64,000 bases of DNA from an uncultured Clostridia bacterium (GTDB taxonomy: Bacteria > Bacillota > Clostridia > TANB77 > CAG-508), in NCBI GenBank assembly GCA_934133165.1, contig CAKPAW010000002.1, positions 105,219 through 169,218 of the forward strand, written 5' to 3'. The position numbers and the translations under genes are program-made. Positions 11,965 through 21,467 of this stretch are shown here, one piece after another. The notes beneath the pieces were generated by a model. It was not told where the DNA came from, ran no database searches, and saw only the letters and a list, made by a program, of their open reading frames with translations. Position 1 is the first letter of the stretch; each line of letters starts with the position of its first letter.

Positions 11965-12798
11965 ATGTCTAGATCTGGCATAGTAAATGTGAGAATGGTA
12001 ATCACAGAAGAAAAAATGTTATCAAATATTGATAAAGTACAAAAATTAATTAATCCAAAAAGTAAAAAACAAATCATCCAATTAGATGATGATACATACT
12101 TTAAAGATTTAATAGAATCAATAAAAACTTACTTGGTGGAATATCCAAAGAAAAAGAATTTTCCAGCAAGTGTATATAAAGCTGCTTATGGTTTAGTAGA
12201 ATTTGCAACAAATCAATTCGAAGAAAATACAAAACAAATAGAAGAATTAATTCGTCAAAGAGAAGCAAATATTGCATTAGCTGGAGATTTAAAAGAAATT
12301 TTAGAAGTAGTAACAGCTAAAGAAGATGGATGGAAACAAGAACTTAAAGAAGCTTCTAAAAATTTACCAGAAGATATAGTAGAAACATTAGAAATAATAG
12401 GAAAAGCAAGAACAAAAACATCTCAAAATTATCAAGATGCAGTTAAATTAGTAAATGCAAGAATTGTAAATTTAGAATCAAACTTACATATAGAAATAGA
12501 TATGGAAAGAATTGAAGATAGATCAAAAGCATTAAGTTATATTGGAATTGAAATTGCAGATGCATTAAAATTAATTCCAACACCACAAGAAGACGCAGTA
12601 GAAATTGAAGAATTAGCAGAAATGCCAGTTGCAGAAGAAAATAAACAATACATAGAAGAAACTAGATTTGAAGTTAAACCATCTTTATGGCAAAGAATTA
12701 AAGAAAGCAAAATAGGTAGAGCTATTAGATATGCTTTCAAAATTAGAGTTGTATTAGATGTTCCAGCATTACCAGAAGGTAGAGGAGAACAAAGATAA
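11965..12798 (+). CDS. Hypothetical helical/acidic protein
   Basis: 277-aa ORF with RBS aaagggagg 6 nt upstream; no family recognised. Confidence 0.45.
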   Translation: MSRSGIVNVRMVITEEKMLSNIDKVQKLINPKSKKQIIQLDDDTYFKDLIESIKTYLVEYPKKKNFPASVYKAAYGLVEFATNQFEENTKQIEELIRQREANIALAGDLKEILEVVTAKEDGWKQELKEASKNLPEDIVETLEIIGKARTKTSQNYQDAVKLVNARIVNLESNLHIEIDMERIEDRSKALSYIGIEIADALKLIPTPQEDAVEIEELAEMPVAEENKQYIEETRFEVKPSLWQRIKESKIGRAIRYAFKIRVVLDVPALPEGRGEQR

Positions 12799-12924
12799 TA
12801 TAAATCTTAATATTAAAGAATGTCAAAAGTAGGTTAGAAAATTAGTGTTTCTAGCCTACTTTATAGTATTATAAAATTAAAAAATAGTTTATAATAAAAA
12901 AATTAAAAAAATTTAAATAATCTA

Positions 12925-12953
12925 TTGACAACAAGTTAAAAGTTTTGTATAAT
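12925..12953 (+). promoter_or_regulatory. Consensus sigma-A promoter for the tRNA genes
   Basis: TTGACA (12925-12930), 17-nt spacer, TATAAT (12948-12953), about 20 nt upstream of the tRNA-Met 5' end. Confidence 0.7.
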
Positions 12954-12973
12954 CAAACTTGTGTTAAGCACAT

Positions 12974-13050
12974 GCTCCCTTAGCTCAGTTGGTCAGAGCA
13001 ACCGGCTCATAACCGGTGGGTCCAAGGTTCGAATCCTTGAGGGAGCACCA
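12974..13050 (+). tRNA. tRNA with CAT anticodon (Met, or Ile2 if lysidine-modified)
   Basis: Cloverleaf folded by hand: acceptor GCTCCCT/AGGGAGC, anticodon loop CT-CAT-AA, T-arm GGTTCGAATCC, encoded CCA. Confidence 0.85.
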
Positions 13051-13076
13051 TTTCATTTATATACAATTTAATATAT

Positions 13077-13384
13077 GGGTAGGTGGCCGAGTGGCTAAAG
13101 GCGGCAGACTGTGGTCTTTGGTTTAATCAAAACCTAAATTGCAGCTCTTATCAGTAATGGTAAGATGAAAACCAGGCTAATTCGGGGAACTCTAAAGGTA
13201 GAAATACTTATGACAATCCCGAGCTAGGAATTTTAATTCCGAGTGTAGAGACTTTATACCTGGTATCTTGAAAAAGATAAAGAGAAAGTCCAGACTACAA
13301 ACATTTTAATGGTAGTGAAAACTATAGTAGTAAGAAATCTGTTCTCATACGAGTACGATGGTTCGAATCCATCCCTGCCCACCA
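13077..13384 (+). tRNA. tRNA-Tyr(GTA) gene interrupted in the anticodon loop by a 222-nt intron
   Basis: 5' exon 13077-13112 has acceptor GGGTAGG and D-arm GCCGAGTGGCTAAAGGC. 3' exon 13335-13384 has a long class II variable arm, T-arm GATGGTTCGAATCCATC, acceptor CCTGCCC, and A-CCA. Joined exons give the anticodon stem GCAGA/TCTGT and loop CT-GTA-AA. Confidence 0.8.
13113..13334 (+). ncRNA. Group I (IC3-like) self-splicing intron candidate
   Basis: The 5' exon ends in U and the intron ends in G (omega-G). An internal GCAG can pair with exon CUGU, giving a U.G pair at the splice site. There are three GAAA-capped hairpins (ggta-gaaa-tac, atctt-gaaa-aagat, tagt-gaaa-acta). A GTGTAGAGAC...CAGACTA core resembles tRNA-inserted group I introns, and ACCAGG/CCTGGT gives a P3-like pairing. 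Confidence 0.65.
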
Positions 13385-13385
13385 T

Positions 13386-13414
13386 AAAAACAAGAAGACT
13401 TGTTTTTATTTTTT
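13386..13414 (+). terminator. Rho-independent terminator after the tRNA-Tyr gene
   Basis: aaaaacaag-aaga-cttgttttt followed by a T run. Confidence 0.7.
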
Positions 13415-13711
13415 ACCATTAAGACAAACAAAAGTTCTACAATGCTATAAATTTAATTTTACAATATGAATCTATAGAAAAAAAGGAGAGTTTATGAAAT
13501 TTAGTACAAATATTCAACTTTAAATTTATGCGAAAAATATAGAAAATATAAAGTTAAATAATTGTACTTGTTGTTTGATTTTATAACAGATATGAATGTA
13601 ACTGAAATCATTAAAGAGAGAAGTAAAGAGAATGAGAGCTAAAAATAAAATGTAGCTAAACAAACTAGGATTATCAAATTTGATAATCCTAGTTTGTATT
13701 TGTATAATTAA

Positions 13712-14407
13712 CTATTTATTTAAAACTTTATCAGCTTCTTCTTGTGAAATATATCCATACTCAACCATAGAGCGAAGGACTTTACCTTGTCTACTTTTTG
13801 CTAAATCTGGGTTAATAGTTGGAGCATAAACAGAAGGAGCATTGGGAACACCAGCAAGCATAGTAGATTCATCTAAATTCATATCTTTTGGTTCTTTTTT
13901 GTAATATCCATTTGAAGCTTCTTTAATGCCATAATATCCTTCGCCAAAATAAATAGTATTAATATAAAATTCTAAAATATCATCTTTAGAATAGTCCTTT
14001 TCCAAATCAAAAGCAACTAATGCTTCTGCTATTTTTCTAGAAACAACATCATCTTCATTAATAAAATATAAATTTTTAGCAACTTGTTGAGTAATAGTAC
14101 TACCACCTTCATTAAATTCTTTGGCTTGAATGTTTGAAACAGTAGCTCTTAAAAGAGCAATAACATCTATAGCACCATGTTCTCTAAAACGATGGTCTTC
14201 TACAGAAATAATAGCATTTATGTAGTCCTTAGGAACATCATTTATAGAAACATAAGAATCTTCATTTTTAATTTCATTAATTTTATTTGAAAGACTTAAA
14301 TTACTTAAAGTAGTTTTATATAATTTATAGCCATTCAAAAATATAACACTTCCCACTATAATAATGATAATTAAAATAAGAAGTAATAATCTCTTTATAA
14401 ATTTCAT
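13712..14407 (-). CDS. Monofunctional peptidoglycan glycosyltransferase (GT51)
   Basis: N-terminal TM, then the GT51 motifs EDHRFREHGAID, GGSTITQQVAKN and RKIAEA. There is no transpeptidase domain. Confidence 0.85.
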   Translation of the reverse strand: MKFIKRLLLLILIIIIIVGSVIFLNGYKLYKTTLSNLSLSNKINEIKNEDSYVSINDVPKDYINAIISVEDHRFREHGAIDVIALLRATVSNIQAKEFNEGGSTITQQVAKNLYFINEDDVVSRKIAEALVAFDLEKDYSKDDILEFYINTIYFGEGYYGIKEASNGYYKKEPKDMNLDESTMLAGVPNAPSVYAPTINPDLAKSRQGKVLRSMVEYGYISQEEADKVLNK

Positions 14408-14551
14408 TTGTTACCTCCATTATTTACAAATACATTATACTATACTTTTATAAAAAGAAAAACATTTTTAGAAAAATCTTTGATTTTAAATTGCAAAATA
14501 TATATTTATAATATATAATTTAAAAGAACAAAAGAAAGAGAGGGATAAAAT

Positions 14552-15724
14552 ATGAATAATAAGGGAATACCACGTATTTGGCTGGTTATAATTGTATTAA
14601 TAGCTGTATTTGCTGTTGGAATAGTTGTAGCAATAGCTATTATAGGATCATCTGGAGATCAAAGCGGAGTAAATGATATTAAAGAACCACAACAAAATAT
14701 AATCGAAGACACAAAACCAGAAGATTATACAAAATTAGATGAAGGAATTGCAAAACAAGAATTACCTAAAGTAGCAAGAAATGTAATAGCTACAACAAAT
14801 TCTACTATAGATGGTAGAATACCTTGTTTTTATAATCCAGTAATTCCAGAAGGATTTAAAGCAATAGGAATTGAAGAAGATAAAACGATTGATATAAATG
14901 CTAAATGGGGAGAGCAAAACGCATATTTATATGGATTAGTTATAGAAGACAAAAATGGTAATCAATTTGTATGGATACCTGTAGAAAATATGAATATATT
15001 TAAGACTACAGACTGGCAAAAAAATGCACCAAAAGAGTCAATAGATTCTACATATATAGAGCCTACAAAAGAAGATGAAGAAGAGTACTATACAATGTAC
15101 TATAAAGTTAAAAAGTATGGTGGATTTTATGTAGGACGTTATGAAACAGGAGATTTAACAGCACAAGTACCAAGAGATACAACAAAAAATGCAGATTCTA
15201 TAGGAGTAAGAAAATATCTAAATGTTTATAATTATGTACCATTCAAATTATCTACAATAAACAAAAAAGAGGTAATAGGAGCACAAGAATTAGCAATAAA
15301 ATTTGGAGAACAAAACGAATATAAAACAGTTAAAACATCTGTTATGTATGGTGTACAATGGGATTCAATGTTAAGATTTATAGTAAGTGAACAAAACAAT
15401 GTAAATGATAGTATAAAATGGGGAAATTATACTACATCTGAACTAAATTATACAGATTCGCTAGGAAATAAATATTTAAAGAAAAACGGAGAAGTATATT
15501 TAATAAAAACAGGAAGTAGTGAAGAGACAAAAGCTAAAAATATTTATGATGTAGCAGGAAATGCATATGAATGGACAATGGAAAATGCAGGAAATGGTGT
15601 AAAAGTAGTAAGAGGAGGAGCGTATAGAATAACAATAGGACAATTAGCAGCTGCTCGTTATGCATACAATGACAATACTGCAAATAGTGATATAGGATTT
15701 AGAATTAGCTTCTATATTAATTAG
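14552..15724 (+). CDS. Membrane-anchored FGE-sulfatase/C-type-lectin-fold protein (non-diversified paralogue of the DGR target)
   Basis: N-terminal TM. Shares FVWIPV, GGFYVGRYETG and C-terminal VVRGGAY...GFR blocks with the 52175-53542 protein. Its C-terminal DNA does not match either template repeat. Confidence 0.65.
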   Translation: MNNKGIPRIWLVIIVLIAVFAVGIVVAIAIIGSSGDQSGVNDIKEPQQNIIEDTKPEDYTKLDEGIAKQELPKVARNVIATTNSTIDGRIPCFYNPVIPEGFKAIGIEEDKTIDINAKWGEQNAYLYGLVIEDKNGNQFVWIPVENMNIFKTTDWQKNAPKESIDSTYIEPTKEDEEEYYTMYYKVKKYGGFYVGRYETGDLTAQVPRDTTKNADSIGVRKYLNVYNYVPFKLSTINKKEVIGAQELAIKFGEQNEYKTVKTSVMYGVQWDSMLRFIVSEQNNVNDSIKWGNYTTSELNYTDSLGNKYLKKNGEVYLIKTGSSEETKAKNIYDVAGNAYEWTMENAGNGVKVVRGGAYRITIGQLAAARYAYNDNTANSDIGFRISFYIN

Positions 15725-15752
15725 AAAAAGAGGCTGTAAAAAAGTCCAAAAT

Positions 15753-15870
15753 AAAAAAGCGAGCCTAAGATTTTCTATCAAATGTAAATTTTAAGAAAAT
15801 CTAAGGCTCGCCATATTTATCTAGTACAGAAAGTTCTCCTACAAGGAGAACTTTCCTACTATATAAAAAA
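15753..15870 (-). repeat. Intergenic repeat family A, copy 2 (118 bp)
   Basis: Reverse complement of 9015-9132 with 2 mismatches. It sits inside the arms of a larger inverted repeat (15725-15747 / 15909-15932). Confidence 0.9.
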
Positions 15871-15907
15871 GAGATTTGAGTTAATCTTAACTCAAATCTC
15901 TTTTTTT
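15871..15907. terminator. Bidirectional terminator between convergent genes
   Basis: gagatttgagtta / taactcaaatctc stem flanked by an A run and a T run. Confidence 0.65.
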
Positions 15908-15930
15908 GGGACTTTTTTTACAGCCTCTTT

Positions 15931-17412
15931 TTATAATATTATACAAATTAATCCGCCGCTACCTTCATTTACTATACGTTCTAATGTCTCTTGTAATTTT
16001 TCTTGTGCATCTTCTGGCATTCTGCAAAGTTTGTTTTGTAGACCTTCATTTACAAGTTCATGTAGGCTCTTTCCAAATATATTAGATTCCCATATTTTTT
16101 GAGGGTCTGATTCAAATTCAGAAAGTAAATAATTAACTAATTCTTCGGATTGTTTTTCACTGCCTACTATTGGTGATACTTCTGTTTCTATATCAGCTCT
16201 TATCATATGTATTGAAGGAGCTTTTGCTTTCAATTTCACACCGAATCTAGAACCCTGTTTTACCATTTCAGGTTCATCTAAAATAAGTTCTTCCATAGAA
16301 GGAGTTACAATGCCGTAGCCTTTTGTTTTTACTTCTTCTAAAGCATAAGAGATTTTGTCATATTCCTTTTTAGTCTGTGCAAAAGTAGTAATAGTAGAGA
16401 ATAAATCACCTTCATTTGCAATTTCTACTCCAGAGATTTCAGTTAATATTTTGTAGAATAGATCATCTATTAATTGAATTGAAATATTAACACACCCAGT
16501 TCCAAGTAAAATTTCATCAACTATAGTTTTGGAAATAATATCTGTTTTTTGTATTTTTTGAACACTACTGTTTATTTGCTTTAATAAGCGAACATCTGAA
16601 AAAGCTTCTTTTACTTCAGAATATAATTCTTTCTTTAACCAATGCTCTTGTGATAGACTATCTACCCAGCGAGGAAAATTAAAATTGATTCTTTCAATAG
16701 GAAATTCATATAAAATTTTATTAAAAATATCATTAATATCTTCTAAATTTAAAGTAGAACAATCTGTAGGAAGAACAGGAACACAATATTTCTCTTCCAT
16801 CTTTTTAGCTAAAGATCTTGTATATTCCGATGTACAATCAGTAGAGTTAAGAACAATAACAAAAGGTTTATTAATAGCTTTCAATTCATTTACAACTCTC
16901 GCTTCTGCTTCAACATAATCTTCTCTTGGAATATCAGTTATTGTTCCATCTGTTGTTACTAAAATACCAATAGTTGAATGTTCTTCAATTACTTTCTTTG
17001 TACCCATTTCAGCTGCTACTTCAAATGGAATTTCATTTTCATCCCAAGGGGTTTTTACCATTCTAGGCATATCATCTTCTAAATATCCAATTGCATTATC
17101 AACTAAGTATCCTACACAATCTACCATACGAGTTTTTAATTTAATATTTTCACCTAAAGTAATTTCAACAGCCTCATTTGGAATGAATTTTGGCTCTGTG
17201 GTCATAATAGTTCTTCCAGAAGCACTTTGTGGCAGTTCATCCAAAGCTCTTTCTCTTTTGTATTCATTATCTATGTTTGGAATTACAAGTAAGTCCATAA
17301 AGCGCTTAATAAATGTAGATTTACCTGTTCTAACAGGTCCTACTACTCCAACATAAATATCACCATCGGTACGTTTTGCTATATCTTGATATACTTCATA
17401 ATTTTCTTCCAT
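15931..17412 (-). CDS. spoIVA: Stage IV sporulation protein A
   Basis: 493 aa. N-terminal Walker A VGVVGPVRTGKSTFIKRFM and full-length resemblance to SpoIVA, including the C-terminal GSGGLICIIL. Confidence 0.93.
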   Translation of the reverse strand: MEENYEVYQDIAKRTDGDIYVGVVGPVRTGKSTFIKRFMDLLVIPNIDNEYKRERALDELPQSASGRTIMTTEPKFIPNEAVEITLGENIKLKTRMVDCVGYLVDNAIGYLEDDMPRMVKTPWDENEIPFEVAAEMGTKKVIEEHSTIGILVTTDGTITDIPREDYVEAEARVVNELKAINKPFVIVLNSTDCTSEYTRSLAKKMEEKYCVPVLPTDCSTLNLEDINDIFNKILYEFPIERINFNFPRWVDSLSQEHWLKKELYSEVKEAFSDVRLLKQINSSVQKIQKTDIISKTIVDEILLGTGCVNISIQLIDDLFYKILTEISGVEIANEGDLFSTITTFAQTKKEYDKISYALEEVKTKGYGIVTPSMEELILDEPEMVKQGSRFGVKLKAKAPSIHMIRADIETEVSPIVGSEKQSEELVNYLLSEFESDPQKIWESNIFGKSLHELVNEGLQNKLCRMPEDAQEKLQETLERIVNEGSGGLICIIL

Positions 17413-17568
17413 GAAAATAGATACCTCCTTAAAATGTTTGTACTAATAAACTTTAATTAATGTATATTTGTCTAAAACTAAAGTTATGACTAAAATATTA
17501 AAATATTTGAACAATTTTGATAAATGTGATAATATGATATAGTATTAATTAGAAAAGAGGTTAAATTT

Positions 17569-18811
17569 ATGGACGGATATAAACAAGCAATAGAATTACT
17601 AAAAAAATATAATCAAGAAAAAATAATAAAAGAATTAGAAAAAAACGATAATCCAGAATTAGTAGAACAAATACTACATATTGATTTTAATAAGATAGAA
17701 AAGTGTATACAAAAAATAGGAAAAGAAGAGCAATATAAAGATGAAAAAATAGAAAATATTCATTATATAGATGGAAACAAATTAAGTAATGAAGAAAAAA
17801 TTCATTATGAGAATATAGGAAGAAACGTTATATCAAAAGGCAAATATGCAGTAGTTACAATGGCAGGAGGACAACGGAACCAGACTAGGACATAGTGGAC
17901 CAAAAGGAACATTTTTAATTAATGTAAAACCTAAAGAAAAATATCTATTTGAGATTTTAGCAGATACATTAATAAGGGCAAATAAAGAGTATAATACAGT
18001 TATTCCATGGTATATAATGGTAAGTAGAGAAAATCAAGAGGAAACAATTAATTTTTTTAAAGATAAAAATTATTTTAATTATCCAAAAGAACAAATTAAA
18101 TTTTTTATGCAAGGAGAGATGCCATTAATAGGAGAAGATAAACAATTCCTATTAAATAAAGAAAGAAAAGTTATGCTTGCATCTGATGGAAATGGAAGTA
18201 TATATCATTCAATGAAAGAACATAAAATTTTAGAAGATATGAAACAAAAAAATATAGAGTGGGTATATATATGTTCAGTAGATAATGTGTTACTTCAAAT
18301 GGTAGAGCCAATTTTACTAGGTTTAACAATAGAACAAAAAAGTGAAATTGCATCAAAAACAATAGTAAAAGCAAACCCAGGAGAAAGAGTAGGGGTATTT
18401 TGTAATAAGAACGGAAAACCTTATGTAATAGAATATACAGAGCTTCCAGAAGATATGGCACAAATGACAGATGAAAATGGAGAATTACTATTTGGAGAAG
18501 CACATATAATGTGTAATTTATTTTCAATAAAAGCAATAGAAAAGATTTCAGAAGAGATACTTCCATATCATATTGCTTTTAAGAAAATAAACCATTATAT
18601 AGAAGGAAAACTAGTAGTACCTAATAATCCAAATGCTTATAAATTTGAACAATTTATTTTTGATGGATTTTCATTCTTTCAAAATATTACTTTGCTTCGT
18701 GGAAAAAGAGAGGAAGATTTTGCACCAGTAAAAAATAAAGAAGGAAACGATAGTCCAGCAACAGCAGCTAAATTATATAATAATTATTGGGAAAATTTTA
18801 GCAAAAAATAG
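17569..18811 (+). CDS. UDP-N-acetylhexosamine/UTP-sugar-1-phosphate uridylyltransferase (UAP1-like); needs a +1 shift at CGG 17875-17877
   Basis: The ORFs 17569-17895 and 18017-18811 are one gene. Skipping C17875 gives VVTMAGGQ-GTRLGHSGPKGTFLINV, the pyrophosphorylase signature, and runs into the second ORF. Confidence 0.8.
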
Positions 18812-18831
18812 TAAAGTGAATATATTATTTT

Positions 18832-18970
18832 AGAACAAAACTGAAAATTTTCAATTTTCAGTCTTAACTCTACTTTTTTATCCTACTCAAAAAAATTGAA
18901 ATTTTCAGTAAATTTGTTCGTGTGCGAAAATTAATTAAATAAATTTTCTGTGCAATATTTTATATAATAG
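18832..18970 (-). repeat. Intergenic repeat family B, copy 2 (139 bp)
   Basis: Reverse complement of 7476-7614, same length, with about 6 mismatches. Confidence 0.85.
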
Positions 18971-19026
18971 AAAAATAAGAATTTCTTGTAGTTAAAACTA
19001 CATAGAAATTCTTATTTTTTGTGTGG

Positions 19027-19404
19027 CTACATTTGTTGTTCGCCAGGTAAGAAATAGTCGACAACACCATAAATTAAGGCACCTACGATAGCAGCCATCC
19101 AAGAAATTGTATATCCTGCTACAAAATATTGAGTTACATATAAAACAATAGCAGAAAGTACAAAACCTACAAAACCTTTTCCAAATGGACTAGCATGAAG
19201 ACCTGTGAATTTAACGATTAAATAATCTATTACAGCAAGAACAATAGCAGCAACAGCTAATGTCCAAAAGTTAGCAATATGAAATCCAGGTGTAAAGAAA
19301 GCTGTTATTGCAAGGACTATAGCTGAAACAATAAGTCTTCCAACAATTTGCCAAACAGTGCTAGTTCCATATTTAGATTGACTACGAGTTTGATTTTCTG
19401 ACAT
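19027..19404 (-). CDS. Four-TM membrane protein, phage-holin-4_2/YvlD-like
   Basis: 125 aa with four hydrophobic segments; FTPGFHIANFWTLAVAAIVLAVIDYLI resembles the DUF360/holin_4_2 family. Confidence 0.55.
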   Translation of the reverse strand: MSENQTRSQSKYGTSTVWQIVGRLIVSAIVLAITAFFTPGFHIANFWTLAVAAIVLAVIDYLIVKFTGLHASPFGKGFVGFVLSAIVLYVTQYFVAGYTISWMAAIVGALIYGVVDYFLPGEQQM

Positions 19405-19563
19405 AATAAAAACCTCCTTATTTTTGAAAATTTTAAAATCGCAATTTAAATGGTTTTATAATGTTATTATTCACAATTTTTTTTGAAATATACAAAAAGT
19501 GAATAAAAGCTTAAAAATCGGTTAAAAATAAGTAAAAAATAAAAATGTAAGGAATGAAAAAAT

Positions 19564-20247
19564 ATGTTATTAACTTTTATAAGAACTATTACTTTATACA
19601 TACTAGTATTAATAGTAATGCGTTTTATGGGAAAAAGAGAAATAGGGCAACTTCAACCATTTGAACTTGCAATTTCAATTATGATAGCAGATTTAGCAAC
19701 AATTCCAATGGCAGAAACAGGAATACCAATTTCAAGTGGAGTTATTCCAATATTAGGATTATTGGTAATGCACTTAACAATTTCAGTCATAAATTTAAAA
19801 AGCATAAAAATGAGAAAAATTATTTGTGGAAAACCTGCTATACTAATTTACAGAGGAAGAATACAAGAAAAAACAATGAAAAAAGAGAGATTTACAATAA
19901 ATGAATTAGAAGAAAGATTAAGAGGATATAATGTTACAAATATAGGAGATATAGAATATGCAATATTAGAAACAAGTGGACAAATAAGCATATTACAAAA
20001 GCCTAACAAAAGAAACGCAATACCAGAAGATTTTGGAATTATGCCAGAATATGAAGGAATAGCTTATGATTTAGTAATAGATGGAAAAATAATGAAGGAA
20101 AATTTAGAAAAATTGGATAAAGATTACAATTGGCTATTAAAACAAGTTGAACCTTTTGGTATAAAGCCAGAGGAAGCATTAATAGCTACAATTGATGGAA
20201 AAGGAAATTTCTTCTGTCAAGAAAAAGAGGAAAAAAAGAAAAATTAG
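19564..20247 (+). CDS. DUF421/YetF-like membrane protein
   Basis: RFMGKREIGQLQPFELAISIMIADLA N-terminal membrane domain plus a YetF-type C-terminal domain. Confidence 0.7.
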   Translation: MLLTFIRTITLYILVLIVMRFMGKREIGQLQPFELAISIMIADLATIPMAETGIPISSGVIPILGLLVMHLTISVINLKSIKMRKIICGKPAILIYRGRIQEKTMKKERFTINELEERLRGYNVTNIGDIEYAILETSGQISILQKPNKRNAIPEDFGIMPEYEGIAYDLVIDGKIMKENLEKLDKDYNWLLKQVEPFGIKPEEALIATIDGKGNFFCQEKEEKKKN

Positions 20248-20285
20248 AAATAAGTAGATATAGAATTAGAAAGGAATGTAAAAAA

Positions 20286-20675
20286 ATGACTAAAGAATGG
20301 ATTATATGCATTATAATCATCATACTTATAATAAGCTTAAATATTATAACTCAAAATTATACAAAACAATCAGTGGAACAAATAAACGAAAATTTAGAAA
20401 AATTAAAAGAAAAACTAGAAGAAGAAAACCAAAACAAAGAAGAATTGCAAGAAAAGATGGAAAGTATTATGGAAGAGTGGAAGAAGAGATTTAATACTTT
20501 AGCATATTTTATAGAACATGATGAATTAGAAAAAGCAGAAACAGAGCTTACAGGTTTAAAAGCAAATATAGAAGTAGAAGAATATGAGCAAGCAGTATCA
20601 GAGCTAGAAAAAGCAATATTTATATTAAACCATATAAAATATAAATTTAAATTAGAAATAAAAAATGTATTTTAA
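20286..20675 (+). CDS. DUF4363-like small membrane-anchored protein
   Basis: N-terminal TM plus a helical region. It follows a DUF421 gene, as is often seen in Firmicutes. Confidence 0.45.
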   Translation: MTKEWIICIIIIILIISLNIITQNYTKQSVEQINENLEKLKEKLEEENQNKEELQEKMESIMEEWKKRFNTLAYFIEHDELEKAETELTGLKANIEVEEYEQAVSELEKAIFILNHIKYKFKLEIKNVF

Positions 20676-20774
20676 AAGTTAATGCAAAAAAAGCACATAG
20701 AGAAAATTAACAGAAAAAACTCAAAAAAGATATAGAAAAAACGCTATCAATTTCAGTATTGATAGCGTTATATA

Positions 20775-21317
20775 TTATGCTAAAATAAGTAAACAAAGAA
20801 ATACATATGCATATTTATATAATTTTTTAGTTTGTAAAAAATTATTATAAAACATAAAAGATTCTTGCAAAGCACTAAACTTATCTACAAAAGTGACTAT
20901 AAAAGATTCAGGATATTTAGGAAGAGCTAAAGTAATAGGCCACATATGTTTAACTATAATATCTTTCTCTTTATAATTTAAATCAAATAATTTTGAAGCA
21001 TTTTCTAGTGCAGTTCTAGGATGAGAAAAGGCATGTAAATCTTTAAATTTTTCAGCTTTTTTTCCACCTCTCCAATCATATAAAAACAAGTCATGAACCA
21101 TTGCAGCACGAGCCACAGATACATAATCTAACTTTAATTTTTTACAAATCTTATAACTTATATAAGCAACATTAAAACAATGTTCATATGTACTAGTATT
21201 ATAATGTTGTCTATATTTTTTCATCTCTTGAACAGTCTCATTTGAAATAATATCTGAAACAAGAGAATAAAATTCAATATGTTCATTTATATCAGCTTTT
21301 ACAAGCGTTGAAGACAT
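20775..21317 (-). CDS. HD-domain phosphohydrolase
   Basis: The HCFNVAYISY...MVHDLFLYDW pattern (H...HD) is typical of HD/HDIG hydrolases. Confidence 0.7.
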   Translation of the reverse strand: MSSTLVKADINEHIEFYSLVSDIISNETVQEMKKYRQHYNTSTYEHCFNVAYISYKICKKLKLDYVSVARAAMVHDLFLYDWRGGKKAEKFKDLHAFSHPRTALENASKLFDLNYKEKDIIVKHMWPITLALPKYPESFIVTFVDKFSALQESFMFYNNFLQTKKLYKYAYVFLCLLILA

Positions 21318-21394
21318 TTTAAAAACTCCTTTTATTATTTACTCTTTTGCGTTTATAAATTCATTATAGCACAATAAAATAAAAATGCAATACC

Positions 21395-21467
21395 TACCAA
21401 AAGGGACAGACCTACCTTTAGGTACCTTTAGGGACGTTTACTTTTGGTTAATCTGTCCCTTTTGGTA
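21395..21467. repeat. 15-bp perfect inverted repeat enclosing a tandem 10-mer
   Basis: taccaaaagggacag (21395-21409) / ctgtcccttttggta (21453-21467), with tacctttagg repeated twice in tandem (21413-21432) between the arms. Confidence 0.8.

Noticed and set aside
15590-15724. The C-terminus of the 14552-15724 CLec-like protein as the missing VR for TR1.
   Set aside because: The nucleotide alignment fails at many non-adenine template positions (for example gtagtaagaggaggagcg versus gtagtgctacgcggtggt). It is therefore a protein-level paralogue and not a DGR variable repeat.
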